From: Podarcis gaigeae
Taxonomy: Eukaryota
Strand: one strand, 5' to 3'
NCBI GenBank assembly: GCA_964106915.2
Contig: OZ066929.1
Length of the DNA stretch: 64,000 nucleotides
Shown here: piece after piece, positions 46,101 through 64,000 of the stretch
Layout of the letters: each line of letters opens with the position of its first letter
How positions within the stretch are numbered: the first letter of the stretch is position 1
The notes under the pieces: generated by a model
Told to the model about the DNA's origin: nothing
Seen by the model: the letters and a program-made list of their open reading frames with translations, nothing else
Database searches by the model: none
Position numbers and translations under genes: made by a program

Positions 46101-47288
46101 CACACCCATGCCACGCGCCAAGATTTAATGCCACTGGAGCCTGGAGATTTATGAAAAGCTATTGTTAACTGAGGCCAATCACATGTTTCTGCCACTGTGT
46201 CATGGAGGTATAATCACTGGTTTTGAGGCACGTGCCCCACATGGAGGGATTGCCAAGCCAGGGACCAAATCTGACAAGTGACCCCCTCAGGAGGCTTTTA
46301 TTAACACAGCTTCTGGCTAGGAAGGGGTTTGGGGGTTCAGAGGTGGCTGTTGGAGCTTAGCTTGTGGTCAGAGAAGTGTGGGGAATCGAAAACATATTTG
46401 GCCTGTTTCCGCACCCAAGTCAGCCCTCCAGAAGGCACAGGGTGTAGCCCAGAGACAGGTGGCCTTGCAAATGCTGCCAGACTACAGCTCCCATCACCCC
46501 TGAGCACTGACTCCGCTGCTTGCTGGGAACTAGAGCCCAACATCTATTGGAGGTTCTCCGCAAATACAGGAGCTGCAAAGGCAGAACGCGGATGTGCCGC
46601 GCAGGGCCGCGGTTAGGAAGACCTGGCTGGGACTTAAGCGCAAGACCCCCGTCCCGCGGGAGGAGGGAGAAGCGCCACCGGCAGGCAGCCCGGCAGCCCC
46701 CGATCCTGGACGTGTTCCCGGCCGCCTGCCTGCCTTTCCGCGGGTGCGCCTCATCACCGCCCCCGGAGGATGTGGAAAGTGCGGGCCGGAGAGCCCCTTT
46801 GGCAGCGGGCGCAGCACCTGCTAAATAAGCGGCCCACGAAGGACTCAAATCCCAGCCGGTGCTTTGCAAGCCGAAATCGGCTTTCGCGCTTCCCGCGGCG
46901 ATTAGCATAACTCCCGCTCCGGAGCCTCGGCGCCGCATCCGGGGGCTTTGCTGTAAGAAGGAGCGCCTGTCCGCGGGCGGAGGCCGGTCACGGGGCCCCG
47001 AAATCCTTCGGGAGGGGTCGCTGCCTCCTCGCAGGAAACCCCAAGGGGGCGGACGAGCCTCGAGGGAGCAGCCCTCGCCTCCCCAACAACGGGAGTGGGG
47101 GCGCCACTTGGGGCAGGAAGGCTCGGGCGCACTCTGCACATGCCCAGGGACTCCCTTGACTCCGCCGGGGGCACGTGGGCCAAAGGGGAGTTTTCCCAAG
47201 ACGGGTCCCCCGCGCGCATGTGCAGGCGCAGCAGGAGGCCCCCTCCGCTTCCTCACCTGAGATGCTGCGGTTCTTCCTCCGGCTCCAT
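37055..47288 (-). CDS. INPP5K: Inositol polyphosphate 5-phosphatase K (SKIP), 12 coding exons
   Basis: Catalytic motifs [38 protein letters not shown] and SDHKPV, plus C-terminal SKICH domain (WDWIGLYK); consistent splice phases; position between PITPNA and MYO1C. Confidence 0.97.
37416..37520 (-). CDS. INPP5K: INPP5K exon 11 ([35 protein letters not shown])
   Basis: Acceptor TTTCCCAG, donor GTATGG, 105 nt, SKICH C-terminal part. Confidence 0.94.
37608..37691 (-). CDS. INPP5K: INPP5K exon 10 ([28 protein letters not shown])
   Basis: Acceptor CCCTTGCAG, donor GTGAGG, 84 nt. Confidence 0.94.
38431..38566. mobile_element. Palindromic hAT-type MITE
   Basis: TIRs CAGGCATCTCCAACCT and AGGTTGGGGATGCCTG; internal inverted CTACAACTCCCAT / ATGGGAATTGTAG; TSD GTCTACAA/GTCTACAC (7 of 8). 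Confidence 0.85.
38713..38850 (-). CDS. INPP5K: INPP5K exon 9 ([18 protein letters not shown]...WDWIGLYK)
   Basis: Acceptor TTTCTTCCAG, donor GTGACA, 138 nt, SKICH DWIGLY. Confidence 0.94.
38966..39312 (-). mobile_element. Apparently full-length Sauria-type SINE with 14-bp TSD
   Basis: tRNA-like head with B box (GGTTCGAATCC on the minus strand), ACCTTT-type tail; GTGCTGCCACTTAA at 38952-38965 and 39313-39326. Confidence 0.88.
39742..39931 (-). CDS. INPP5K: INPP5K exon 8 ([16 protein letters not shown]...[13 protein letters not shown])
   Basis: Acceptor CTTTTGCAG, donor GTAATC, 190 nt, catalytic motifs. Confidence 0.96.
40394..40518 (+). mobile_element. tRNA-derived SINE with CR1-like tail
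   Basis: tRNA(Lys)-like AGAGCATGAGGCTTTTAATCTCACGGTCATGGATTCGAGCCCCAC followed by GGGGGTTGGGCTAGATG...TTCTATGAT. Confidence 0.7.
41310..41419 (-). CDS. INPP5K: INPP5K exon 7 ([37 protein letters not shown])
   Basis: Acceptor TTATGCAG, donor GTAAAT, 110 nt, PTYKF motif. Confidence 0.95.
41523..41553. repeat. (TTTC)n microsatellite
   Basis: Tandem TTTC units. Confidence 0.9.
41879..41990 (-). CDS. INPP5K: INPP5K exon 6 ([37 protein letters not shown])
   Basis: Acceptor CTCTGTAAAG, donor GTACCA, 112 nt, GDLNFR motif. Confidence 0.95.
42855..43030 (-). CDS. INPP5K: INPP5K exon 5 ([30 protein letters not shown]...VLDHD)
   Basis: Acceptor TCTTGTAG, donor GTGAGT, 176 nt. Confidence 0.95.
43187..43321. 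mobile_element. Degenerate hAT-like MITE
   Basis: Imperfect ends CAGTGCTATTTTTCTAG and CTAAGAAAAGCCCTG; internal CGGAACTGAGTTCCG palindrome. Confidence 0.5.
43712..43828 (-). CDS. INPP5K: INPP5K exon 4 ([16 protein letters not shown]...TRTGLYGYW)
   Basis: Acceptor CTGCTTGCAG, donor GTAAGC, 117 nt. Confidence 0.95.
44264..44460 (-). mobile_element. CR1-like 3' end relic
   Basis: AGAACATAAGAAG...CTGGATCAGGCCAAAGG...CTAGCCCA pattern. Confidence 0.5.
44759..44867 (-). CDS. INPP5K: INPP5K exon 3 ([36 protein letters not shown])
   Basis: Acceptor GTGTTCAG, donor GTAATC, 109 nt. Confidence 0.94.
45351..45458 (-). CDS. INPP5K: INPP5K exon 2 ([36 protein letters not shown])
   Basis: Acceptor CTGTCTCTGAAG, donor GTAGGT, 108 nt, phase 2 at both ends, TWNV motif. 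Confidence 0.95.
45624..45901 (-). CDS. INPP5K: Candidate alternative INPP5K first coding exon (92-aa N-terminal extension)
   Basis: ATG at 45901, open for 278 nt, AG|GTGCCC phase-2 donor in frame with exon 2; protein-like composition and local CpG retention. Confidence 0.65.
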
Positions 47289-47600
47289 CGCGGCTGCCCG
47301 AGAAAGAAGGAGGGCGAGACGAGCGAGACCGGAGGAAAGAGCTCGCTCCGCTCTTGTGACCGCTGTGGCCAATCGGGGCAGGGGACGAGGTCGGCGCGCC
47401 TCCTGATTGGCTGGAATGCCAAGAGGCCGCGTCGTTCTGAGCACGTGATGCAAACAACGGGTAGCGAACGCAGAGCTACGCAAAAAGGGTAGAGTGTCAT
47501 ATCCCTTGCACTTCCGGATAGAAACAAGAAGCTGTCCAGAGAAGTCAATGGGGTTTTGAGGGTCGCTGCGCCGGAAGATGCGACCCTGGTGCCTGCTGCT
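46560..47600. promoter_or_regulatory. CpG island, INPP5K promoter
   Basis: CpG-dense; CCAAT boxes (~47369 and inverted ~47406), E-box CACGTG (47442-47447), ETS-like ACTTCCGG (~47510). Confidence 0.85.
47257..47288 (-). CDS. INPP5K: INPP5K exon 1 coding part ([11 protein letters not shown])
   Basis: GCG ATG G context inside CpG island; CAG|GTGAGG phase-2 donor matching exon 2. Confidence 0.85.
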
Positions 47601-47703
47601 GTTCATGATTTGAATAAATTTTATAATGAAATGATTTTAGAATGTTGTATTATTTTATTGTTGTTAGCCGCCCCGAGCCAGGCTTCGGCTGGGGAGGGCA
47701 GGA

Positions 47704-47767
<64 letters not shown>
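47704..47767. repeat. (TAT)n microsatellite, probably a retroposon tail
   Basis: About 21 tandem TAT units preceded by TTAGCCGCCCCGAGCC...GGGGAGGGCAGGATA. Confidence 0.95.
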
Positions 47768-47779
47768 GGGCCTGACCCC

Positions 47780-48560
47780 AACCCGCAATATCTGCGCGAG
47801 GTTACCCTGCAAGGCTGTTGCAAGCGGTTCTCTTCCGCGCAGAGGACTCTCCGCTCTGCTGCAGCGATGGCCGGCGCAGTAAAATTAACGTATTTCTCGC
47901 AAAATAAAAACCTGCACTTGGATTGGTTGACGTGCCTGTGGCGTTTTGTGCGTGTGCTTCTTTTGCGGGGAGGGGGGCGCTGCCACTGTTTTCTGCATGC
48001 TGCTCTCACTTGAGGGAGGAAGATTCAAACATGGTTTCTCAATTGGATCCAGGGAGTGACCCATCTCGGAAAGCAAAATGGTCCCCTCTATGTATTTCAT
48101 ATCTCTGGGGGAGCGCGGCCCCGACGGAGTCCCTTCGAGAGCGGGCCGTGACGTCCCGCAGCTGCCTTCCGGGTCGGCTTCGGGCCCGGGAGGCTTCGCG
48201 CTCCGCTTCCTGGCGCCGCAGCCCAGGAGCGCAGCAGCGGGGCTTTCATAAATACAACCTCGATGTGTCTCTTTCGGGAGCGGAAAGTCTCTTTCGGGAG
48301 CCTCAAAGTCCAGAGGAGCTCACAAGAATGCAGGGAGCCTCGCCTTGTATTCGCTTTATATATAAATTAGGGCTGTCCCACTAGAAAAGGCCGGACGCCC
48401 AAGCGCGAGTGCAAATGCGGAATAAGGGAGACCCAAGAACATGTGCCGAGCACCCCTTCTGCGGCAGGAAGGCACTAGGGGCTCCTGTCTTGCCTCCGGG
48501 AAACTGCAGGCTAGGAGACGCTTCTCCCGTCGCTCCTTCGGCTCCTGCCGCCTTCCCAGC
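47780..48560. promoter_or_regulatory. Second CpG-rich promoter-like block upstream of INPP5K
   Basis: CpG-rich; inverted CCAAT ~47922, CRE-like TGACGTC ~48149, CTTCCGG, TATA-like TTTATATATAAA ~48355. Confidence 0.5.
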
Positions 48561-48689
48561 GTCTTCTGGGAGGGGATTCATTCACTCACTCCCCAAGTCC
48601 CACCCCCGGCTGTCACCAACTCTACTGAAATCATGGTTTCCACTGTAGCCTTCTAAGAGGACAACCAGGGAAGCCCACCCACTCCCTAT

Positions 48690-48827
48690 CAGCCTCTTTC
48701 AACTTGTGGGTACCCAGATGTTGTTGAACTACAACTCCCATCAACCCTAGCTAGCAAGGCCAGAGCTCAGGGATGATGGGAGTTGTAGTCCAACAACATC
48801 TGGAGACCCACAGGTTGAGAACCGCTG
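48690..48827. mobile_element. Palindromic MITE, same family as 38431-38566
   Basis: CCAGATGTTGTTGAACTACAACTCCCATCA...TGATGGGAGTTGTAGTCCAACAACATCTGG; partial copies at ~36200, ~56960 and ~60590. Confidence 0.8.
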
Positions 48828-49002
48828 CAAGCACTGCTGTGTTGTCCTTAGAGATTTCCCCCTGGTTACTGGAGTCCAGCTGCTCAGTAAGCACAGCAGC
48901 TGTCACAGCTTTCCTGTCTGCTTCCCTCCTCCAGTTAAAGAGAAGTCATTCACACTGGCTGACCCTAAAAGATATCAGGGGTGGGGGAGAGGCAAAACAA
49001 CC

Positions 49003-49056
49003 CCTTCCTTCCTTCCTTCCTTCCTTCCTTCCTTCCTTCCTTCCTTCCTTCCTTCC
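49003..49056. repeat. (CTTC)n microsatellite
   Basis: Tandem CCTT units. Confidence 0.95.
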
Positions 49057-49105
49057 CACCCACCCAAGAAAAAGCCAGACTGCAGGCCAATGCTCTGTCT
49101 ATGAT

Positions 49106-51488
49106 TTTATTAGATTTGTTTCCAATATGCCTGTATTGGAAGATTGGGAGACAAAAAAAGGCACAAACTCACATTAAAGAAACAATAAGATCATCTAATC
49201 AAGTCTACAAAGTGTTTGCCATAAAAAGGAGTTGCACTAGGAACCAACCAAAACAGATCAGGGAGTCCCTGCAGAGGCCAGCAGAGGATGAGCCCAGAAA
49301 GGCAAGAGCATGCTGGTGGGGTGGGGGGCTTCTCTCCCCCCCACTGGGCTCCAAAGATGGAAGCCCAGGCAGGTGTTGGGAGAAAGCAGCTCAGCTCAGC
49401 AACCATACCCACCCTCCTCCAAGCCAACAGGGTGGGGTCTGGGTGGTGAAGCCAAATGCAACATGTTACGCAGTGCCTCCGCAGCACCCTCTCTGCTCCC
49501 ATTGCTGGGCTCCCCCCTCCTCCCAGGAAGGAACAAAGAGGTCAGTCATCACGGGGTGGGGTGGGGTAGGGGAGGCAGAGAGAAGGCTCAGAAGATGTGC
49601 CTCAGCTACAGTTCAGCAGGAGGCGAACTCTAAAAAAACGCAACACGCAAAGAGCAGAACAAAGAACACACAGAGTGGAAGTTTGCTGCATTTTTCTCGC
49701 TCTTACTGCTAAGCAGGAAAGCTTTGTGTTTTAATGAGAGCTTTCACCTTCGTACCACAATCTTCCCTTGATTTTCTCCCCCGCCCTTCAAAATGTCACC
49801 GTCTGTTTCCATAGAGATGTGGTGTCACCAGCTACAAAGCCTCTCAGCTAAAAAACAAATCTTTAAGCAGCAGGAGTGATAAGAACAGCCATAGAAACAG
49901 TTAACACATTCAAGCATAAGAATCCTCTTACACTTCATTACCAAAAGAAAAAAGGAAAAAAAATGTTCAGTGTTTTAATTCCCAATTCTCAGTATTTTAC
50001 AGTACAGGAAGATTAACCAGGGGGCCTCCTTGCCCTGGAGGGGAGGGAGGAGGGAGCACCCGACACATTCCTGGTCCCAACAGACTTTGCCCCAACCCCT
50101 GGGCTTCTCTTTCTCAGGCAGGCAAGGCAGGCCCAGTGCTGAGCCATGTCTCCCGCTCCGCCTGGGGGACTTGCTAAAAGCCCCTTTCCCCCAAAGCCCC
50201 TCAAGTCACCTGTCAAGAGAGCGCGACCAGAACGGATCAAGCTTGCTTATTGCACTTGGACATCAATAAGGCAAAAAATGGACAAAACAAGAGGACAAGA
50301 GGGATAAACTGCCTCCTCTCAAGGCAAAGCTGCCCGTCGTCACCCTGCTTGTCTCCCACCCTCTCTGTCTGGCAAGGGCCACTGCTTCAGACGCAGAGAA
50401 AGGGAGGAGACCCGGCTACAGAGGCTGCCACACCAAGGCATGGCCTCAGCTCTGCTCCCACCAGCTCCTGAGTGAAGCCAGCAGTGTTTGTTCAACCCGC
50501 TCTTTCTCCTGTGATTGTCTTAAGCAGCTGCCAGCCCACAGGCAAGTGGGCTTCAGAAGCCCCTCCTCAGCAGCAAAGAGCTCAGCCAGCTTTTGGCCAT
50601 GACCCCTGCAGCTCCTGGCAACCGAGAGAGACAGATCATCCCCTCTGCAGTGCCACTGCTCCGTGCTACGGGCCTTATTGCTCAGGAGCAGCACAAACGC
50701 CCAACACAAGCAGCGCCTGAGCAGGAAACAACCAAAGAACGGGATTCTGCTTGTGCAATTTGTTTGGTGGTCGGGTTAAGAGACCATTCAGCTCGTCTAC
50801 TGTAGTAAAGGGGAAGGTGGAGGAGACCCAGGACTGTTTTCTTAGCAGGCCAACTAAGTCACCTGCTCCCACCACCCCACAAGCGGCAATGTGGACCTTG
50901 AGGACCACACTGGAAGGGGCTCAGCAGGCAGAACCTGGGCAAGGAGCAGAGGCTGATGCAGGAGCAATCTTCCCTGCTCCTTGTGGCCAGGAGCCCTGCC
51001 CATCACCGTGATATTCAGGGAGCAAAAAGGTTGGCCTGACACCCTCTAATACTGAGTTCCCATCTCCACAAATGGACAAAGAAAGGTGAAGGAACAAAGG
51101 CAGCAGTTTATCCCAGTGTTTCAAAGGAAAAATATAGATATATACATACATATGAAATCTAAATCACCACATCACAAGACTATTTCAGCTAAAACGGTCA
51201 CTTGGAAATCAAAGAGCCACGTGGGAATCGGGCTGAACACTCTTCTGGGGAAGGCGGCTGTGTCACAGATGCAGCCATCCCCCAGGAAGTGCCTCCAGCC
51301 CAGGTGCCAAGGCCAGAGCGCTCAGGACCAGAGGACTGTCTATTTGCTCACAATAGTAAGGGCCACTAGAGTTAGCTAGGGGAGGTTGGAAGTTGCCTGC
51401 TGACTGGATAGAGGAGGGCTTGATCCAGAGATGGTCCGTTGGTCAAGAGGGTGGAGTTCCTGGGCCTTCCTGCTGGCTGTTTTGCAAA
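49106..51488 (-). other. PITPNA: PITPNA terminal non-coding exon (3' UTR) ending near AATAAA at 49106-49111
   Basis: Acceptor TTTCTCTCTTTCTTTCCTTAAG immediately before 51488; AATAAA on the minus strand; ATTAAA variants at ~49730 and ~49974. Confidence 0.7.
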
Positions 51489-51979
51489 CTTAAGGAAAGA
51501 AAGAGAGAAACTGGGTTACTTCAGTGGCTTGAAAGCGATCTTCCAAGTGGGGAAACTGCTGGGTAGCTGGATTTATTAAACACTCCTGAGTATCTTGGCA
51601 GTCATTTTTGAAGGAGGGGGAACGCAGAGTGCCTTTTCTGTCAGGGATGACACTGCATGGTTTCAACAGTGAGGGTACAGTCAACTGTGCAATCCCGGAG
51701 AGCCAGCAGCAGACTTATTCCATGTCAGACACCCCACGCACACACCAAAAGCCTCCTGCAGCCGAGCCCACAAAGAACATTTGCACCAGGAATTTATTGC
51801 ACTTGGCACAGATGTTTCTCTTGATATTTATGCTTGGAGCCAATGCAGGATCCTTAAGAAGGGGCAACACAGCTCATGTCAGAAGCACCCTGTCCCCATA
51901 TTTGTGGCATCGCCTCTTTTCTAACCTTTGAAGGCAGCCCCGAAGATGTGGACATACCGTGCAAAGAGAGGAATCCACG

Positions 51980-60480
<8,501 letters not shown>

Positions 60481-60711
60481 TCAACTGGTGGGTCAGGAAT
60501 GATGCAAGGTGGCTTGCAACAGGAGCTTGAGCACCATGCAAAGATACCGCAAATAATCGGAGACATCCTGCATAGGGCAGTGGGCCCCCAGATGCTGCTG
60601 GACTACAACTCCCATCATCCCTGACCACTGGCTGTGCTATAAGCATAGACCCAGCCCTACAGGCAACCCAAAACTGGACAGAGGAAGGTCTGAGCAGCCC
60701 TGCATTGGAAG

Positions 60712-60836
60712 GCTTTTAACGCTTGATGTTTTATGTTTTTAGATATGCTGTAAACTGACCAGAGTGGCTGGGGAAATCCAGCCAGATGGGTGGGGTATAA
60801 ATAATAATATTATTATTAATTATTACTATTATTATT
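60712..60836 (+). mobile_element. LINE/SINE 3' tail relic ending in (TTA)n
   Basis: CCAGAGTGGCTGGGGAAATCCAGCCAGATGGGTGGGGTATAAATAATAAT... Confidence 0.55.
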
Positions 60837-63800
60837 GAGCCTGTGTCAGGCAGCTTCCTATGTTCCTGACTGCTTTACACTGTGCAGACCCTTAGCCTCT
60901 TTTTTACCTGGCAATGCTGCCAGGGACTGAACCTGGGTCAGGTGCTGGGCACCCAAGCTGTTTTTCTGCCTATGTGCTGCATTTGCTGCCAGGACTTTGC
61001 AGAGCCTGTGAGGAGCCCTGGGTCATTCCACCGGCCGGAAGCAGGGCCTGCTCTGCAGAGTCCTTGGAACAGGGGTTGACCCAGCCCTCCAAAGTGCCCA
61101 GCGCCCCCCATTTCACCCTAGAAAGGATTAGGCCGCTAAGAGGAAGCAGCACTAGGTGCTTAGGGGGATTTGAGCCTGGCTCTACCCAGTCCTAGTCCAA
61201 CACTAAACCTCCACGCTGTGCAAGCGTTTTAGGCCATCTGCCCCATAATTGTGAGCACAGTTGTGAAGCCCCTCCAGTGCACGGCTGGCATTCACATGCA
61301 CACAGAGAGAGAGCAATTACTGGGGCAGACCAAGTGGCTTTGTCCCAGGGGGTGGGTGGGGTCTCCCAGACAGGGTCCCCTGGGGACAGAGAGCAGCGTG
61401 TCCCCAGCGCTGACGCACTCTCCGGTCACTCTCCCTCTCCTGCATCCTCTCGCTCCACAAGTTAGAGTTCAGGCACTAAGAGGATCAGGCTGCTGGACTG
61501 CCATCTTCACCCCTTAATCTTCCCTGTTATTTCTGATCCCCTAATCCCATTGGAACAAGGAAGCAGGCCCAGATAAATTGCTGTGTTAAATAAGAGCAGG
61601 CCCCGGGGGAATCCACCAGAGAAAGTGTCCAAGAGGGCAAGAGGCCCCGTGCCCAGGAAGGAGGGTGGTGGGGTGGCTGGAAGGAGCCGCTCAGCTCAGG
61701 TGCTCAGTCCAGCAGGAACAGCTCAGCGCTTTGGGAGGCCTGGCGGTCAGTGGCCCCGTGCTCTGCTGGGGCTAAAACTTCAGACTCAGTGCCATGCTCA
61801 GGGAGACATGATCCTGTAGTGAAAGCACCCCTCTTCCTTTCCACCCCTCAGCCAGGCTCCTCCTGGAAGCAGCTTTGCATTCAGCTGGGAAAGGCAGATC
61901 CTCCAGCTCATAAGCAGGAGGGGGGATGGTTTGGGGGGGCACACAGAGAGTGGGTACAAATGATGGCACCATGTTAGAAGTAACAGCTGAGAACACACCC
62001 ACACATCCTGCCAAAAAACACCAAGCAACTGATATTTGGGGGAGGGGGAGGGGTTAGATCCAATCCTAAATTGCCTCTGGATATTAAAGATGGCCCATCT
62101 TGTTTATATTCTACAAAGGTCCCCCTCCCCCACTGAGGCTCTTGCAGATGCCCCTACAGAATACAGAGTACAGACACCTACAAGCCCCCCAAGGAACTTT
62201 GGCCATTGGGCTGTAGGACTGTGATGCATTGGATTTTTAATCTGCCTGAGCTGCCTCATTGGGAGGAAGGTTCCTGCCTTTCTCCCCTTTGCCACCATTG
62301 CTTTCCTTTGGGGGGGGGGGGGAGGAATGCTGAGGGCTTCTGTAGGCTCAAGAGAGAGCACAGCTGGCACCCAGCCCGCTCAAAACAAATCCTGCTCTGC
62401 AGCTCCCCCTCTTGGCGTCCCTTTACACAGCTCTGGAGAACTTGCTGCTGCCCAGGCCCACCCCCTTCCCCGTCCCAGTAGCCTCAGGGCTTTGGCTTCT
62501 GCCTGCAACACCTTTCTAGGTCCTCTGGCTTTCTGGTCTCTTTAATGGAAACGGCACCTGCCTGCATTGGTTGAGTTGTGCTTTGGGACCAGCCGGACCT
62601 TGCCAAAGCCACAAGCCAGGAATGGGAGTCTCCAAGAGAGCTTGACCCAGGGGGCTCCCTGTCAGGCCCCGTCCAGGGAGACAGGAAGCCAGGCTGCCCA
62701 AGGGGTGCAGCCTCAGAAGCGGCAAGAGGCCAAGCTGCACTTGCAAGCTGTCAGGAGCCTCCTTCTCCCTTCAAGGCGCTCTGTAACCCGAACTCTGGGA
62801 AACATGAACCCAACTCTGCTTTGCCCCAATTCTGACAAGGCAGCACCGGACAGGACTCAGGACCCCAGCAGGTGCAGAGCCCGAGGCAGCCAGGCCAGCT
62901 CTTGCTCAAGAGGAGCCACCCGGGCGCCAGAGCAGGCTAGCGGGCAGCCGTGGGGATTTCAAGCAGACAGATTTACTTCACCCATATTGTCTCAGTTACC
63001 TCTGCAGCAACCGTACAGGGTTGGCCGGCATTACTCTCCAAATATTCCACATGGGGAACCCAAGCAGAGAGCGAGCCAGTGCCCCAGGAGTGCCATGTCA
63101 GAAGACCAGGATGAGCCCCGTCCAATCCAGGCTGGAGGAAGGGCAGCACCCAAAGACTGGCCAGGAGCAAGGAACACTTCCAGCAAGGCTCCCCCGCTGG
63201 GTCTCCTTCCGTGGGTGAAGCTGATACAGAAGACACACGTGTGTGCTTCAGGCCACTTGGGCTGACCTACATTCTCCTAGCTCTGCCTCCATTGTCCTTT
63301 GTTGCTGCCATCACCAGGGTTGGGGGAGCAGAAAAATGGACCTGGAAGGAAAGTCAACCAGAGCTCTCTGCTCAAGCTGGCGGCCCCCTCCACACTTGTG
63401 CTTCAAAACAAATAGTTGGGGGAAATGACACACGCTTTTGTGCAATGTGCACATTTGCCACAGACACCCAGGAATGCCCCCAGTGAGGGCCTGACACTTC
63501 CCTGGAGCGCAAAGCGCTGAGAGAGAGCAAGGGGAATAACAAGCTATGCATCCTAGGGATGTCTCCACCTCCACTCAAAAGCCCCTGGCAGCCAGGCTGA
63601 AGCTTATGGCACGGTGGGAGTTAGGCCCTCACACAACGCTCACTAATCTTGCTGCAAATGCAGGAACATTCTTTAGTCAGCAGCTTGTTGCAAATAATTC
63701 AGATAGTCTTAAGAAGGAGGGTAGGCAGGCAACAGAGCCCAGGAGCCCGGATAAATCTTATAGATTCTTCCATCCATAACTGATGCCAAGAGTGGAGCAG

Positions 63801-64000
63801 GGAACTGGGTTGGAGGAAAGATCCGCCACACACTTGAGACTTGTGGGTGCTCTGACCATGAGTGTTTAAACAGTGAGAAGAACATTAGAAAGCCTGCAGA
63901 CAAATGCCAGGCCCTCACACCTTAAGGAGAGTCCCAGAAACTTGTCCAATGTCACTCAACCCCTTGCAGAACTGGTGACAAGTTCCTCTCCACAGCACTA

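Noticed and set aside
46420-47606. 345-aa and other ORFs across the INPP5K promoter
   Set aside because: CpG-island artefacts; only the 32-nt coding part of exon 1 fits the splice phase
47556-48013. ORFs with poly-Leu, poly-Ile or poly-Asn tracts
   Set aside because: Translations of the (TAT)n microsatellite

Overview
Vertebrate genomic DNA, most likely a squamate reptile (inferred from Sauria-type SINE, BovB/RTE, CR1, L2 and small hAT/Tc1 MITE relics). It carries three intron-containing genes in tandem on the minus strand, in the same order as in mammals. PITPNA has coding exons 3-11 plus its 3' UTR; exons 1-2 lie beyond the right edge. INPP5K is complete with 12 coding exons. MYO1C has its 5' part through common exon 11 and continues off the left edge. 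Exons were read directly from the sequence using splice sites, phase continuity and family motifs. Main observations: (1) an apparent extra 92-aa N-terminal coding exon of INPP5K (45624-45901) with an RxRxxS motif and an acidic helix; (2) MYO1C first exons matching mammalian isoforms A, B (nuclear myosin I) and C, plus a candidate fourth coding first exon (5820/5895-5975); (3) in PITPNA, an 8-nt microexon, a GC-AG intron, a 3'-UTR intron and a PITPbeta-like C-terminus; (4) a second CpG-rich promoter-like block between PITPNA and INPP5K; (5) several insertions with intact target-site duplications. No CRISPR, rRNA or true tRNA genes were seen. Most long ORFs in the six-frame track are GC-rich or microsatellite noise.
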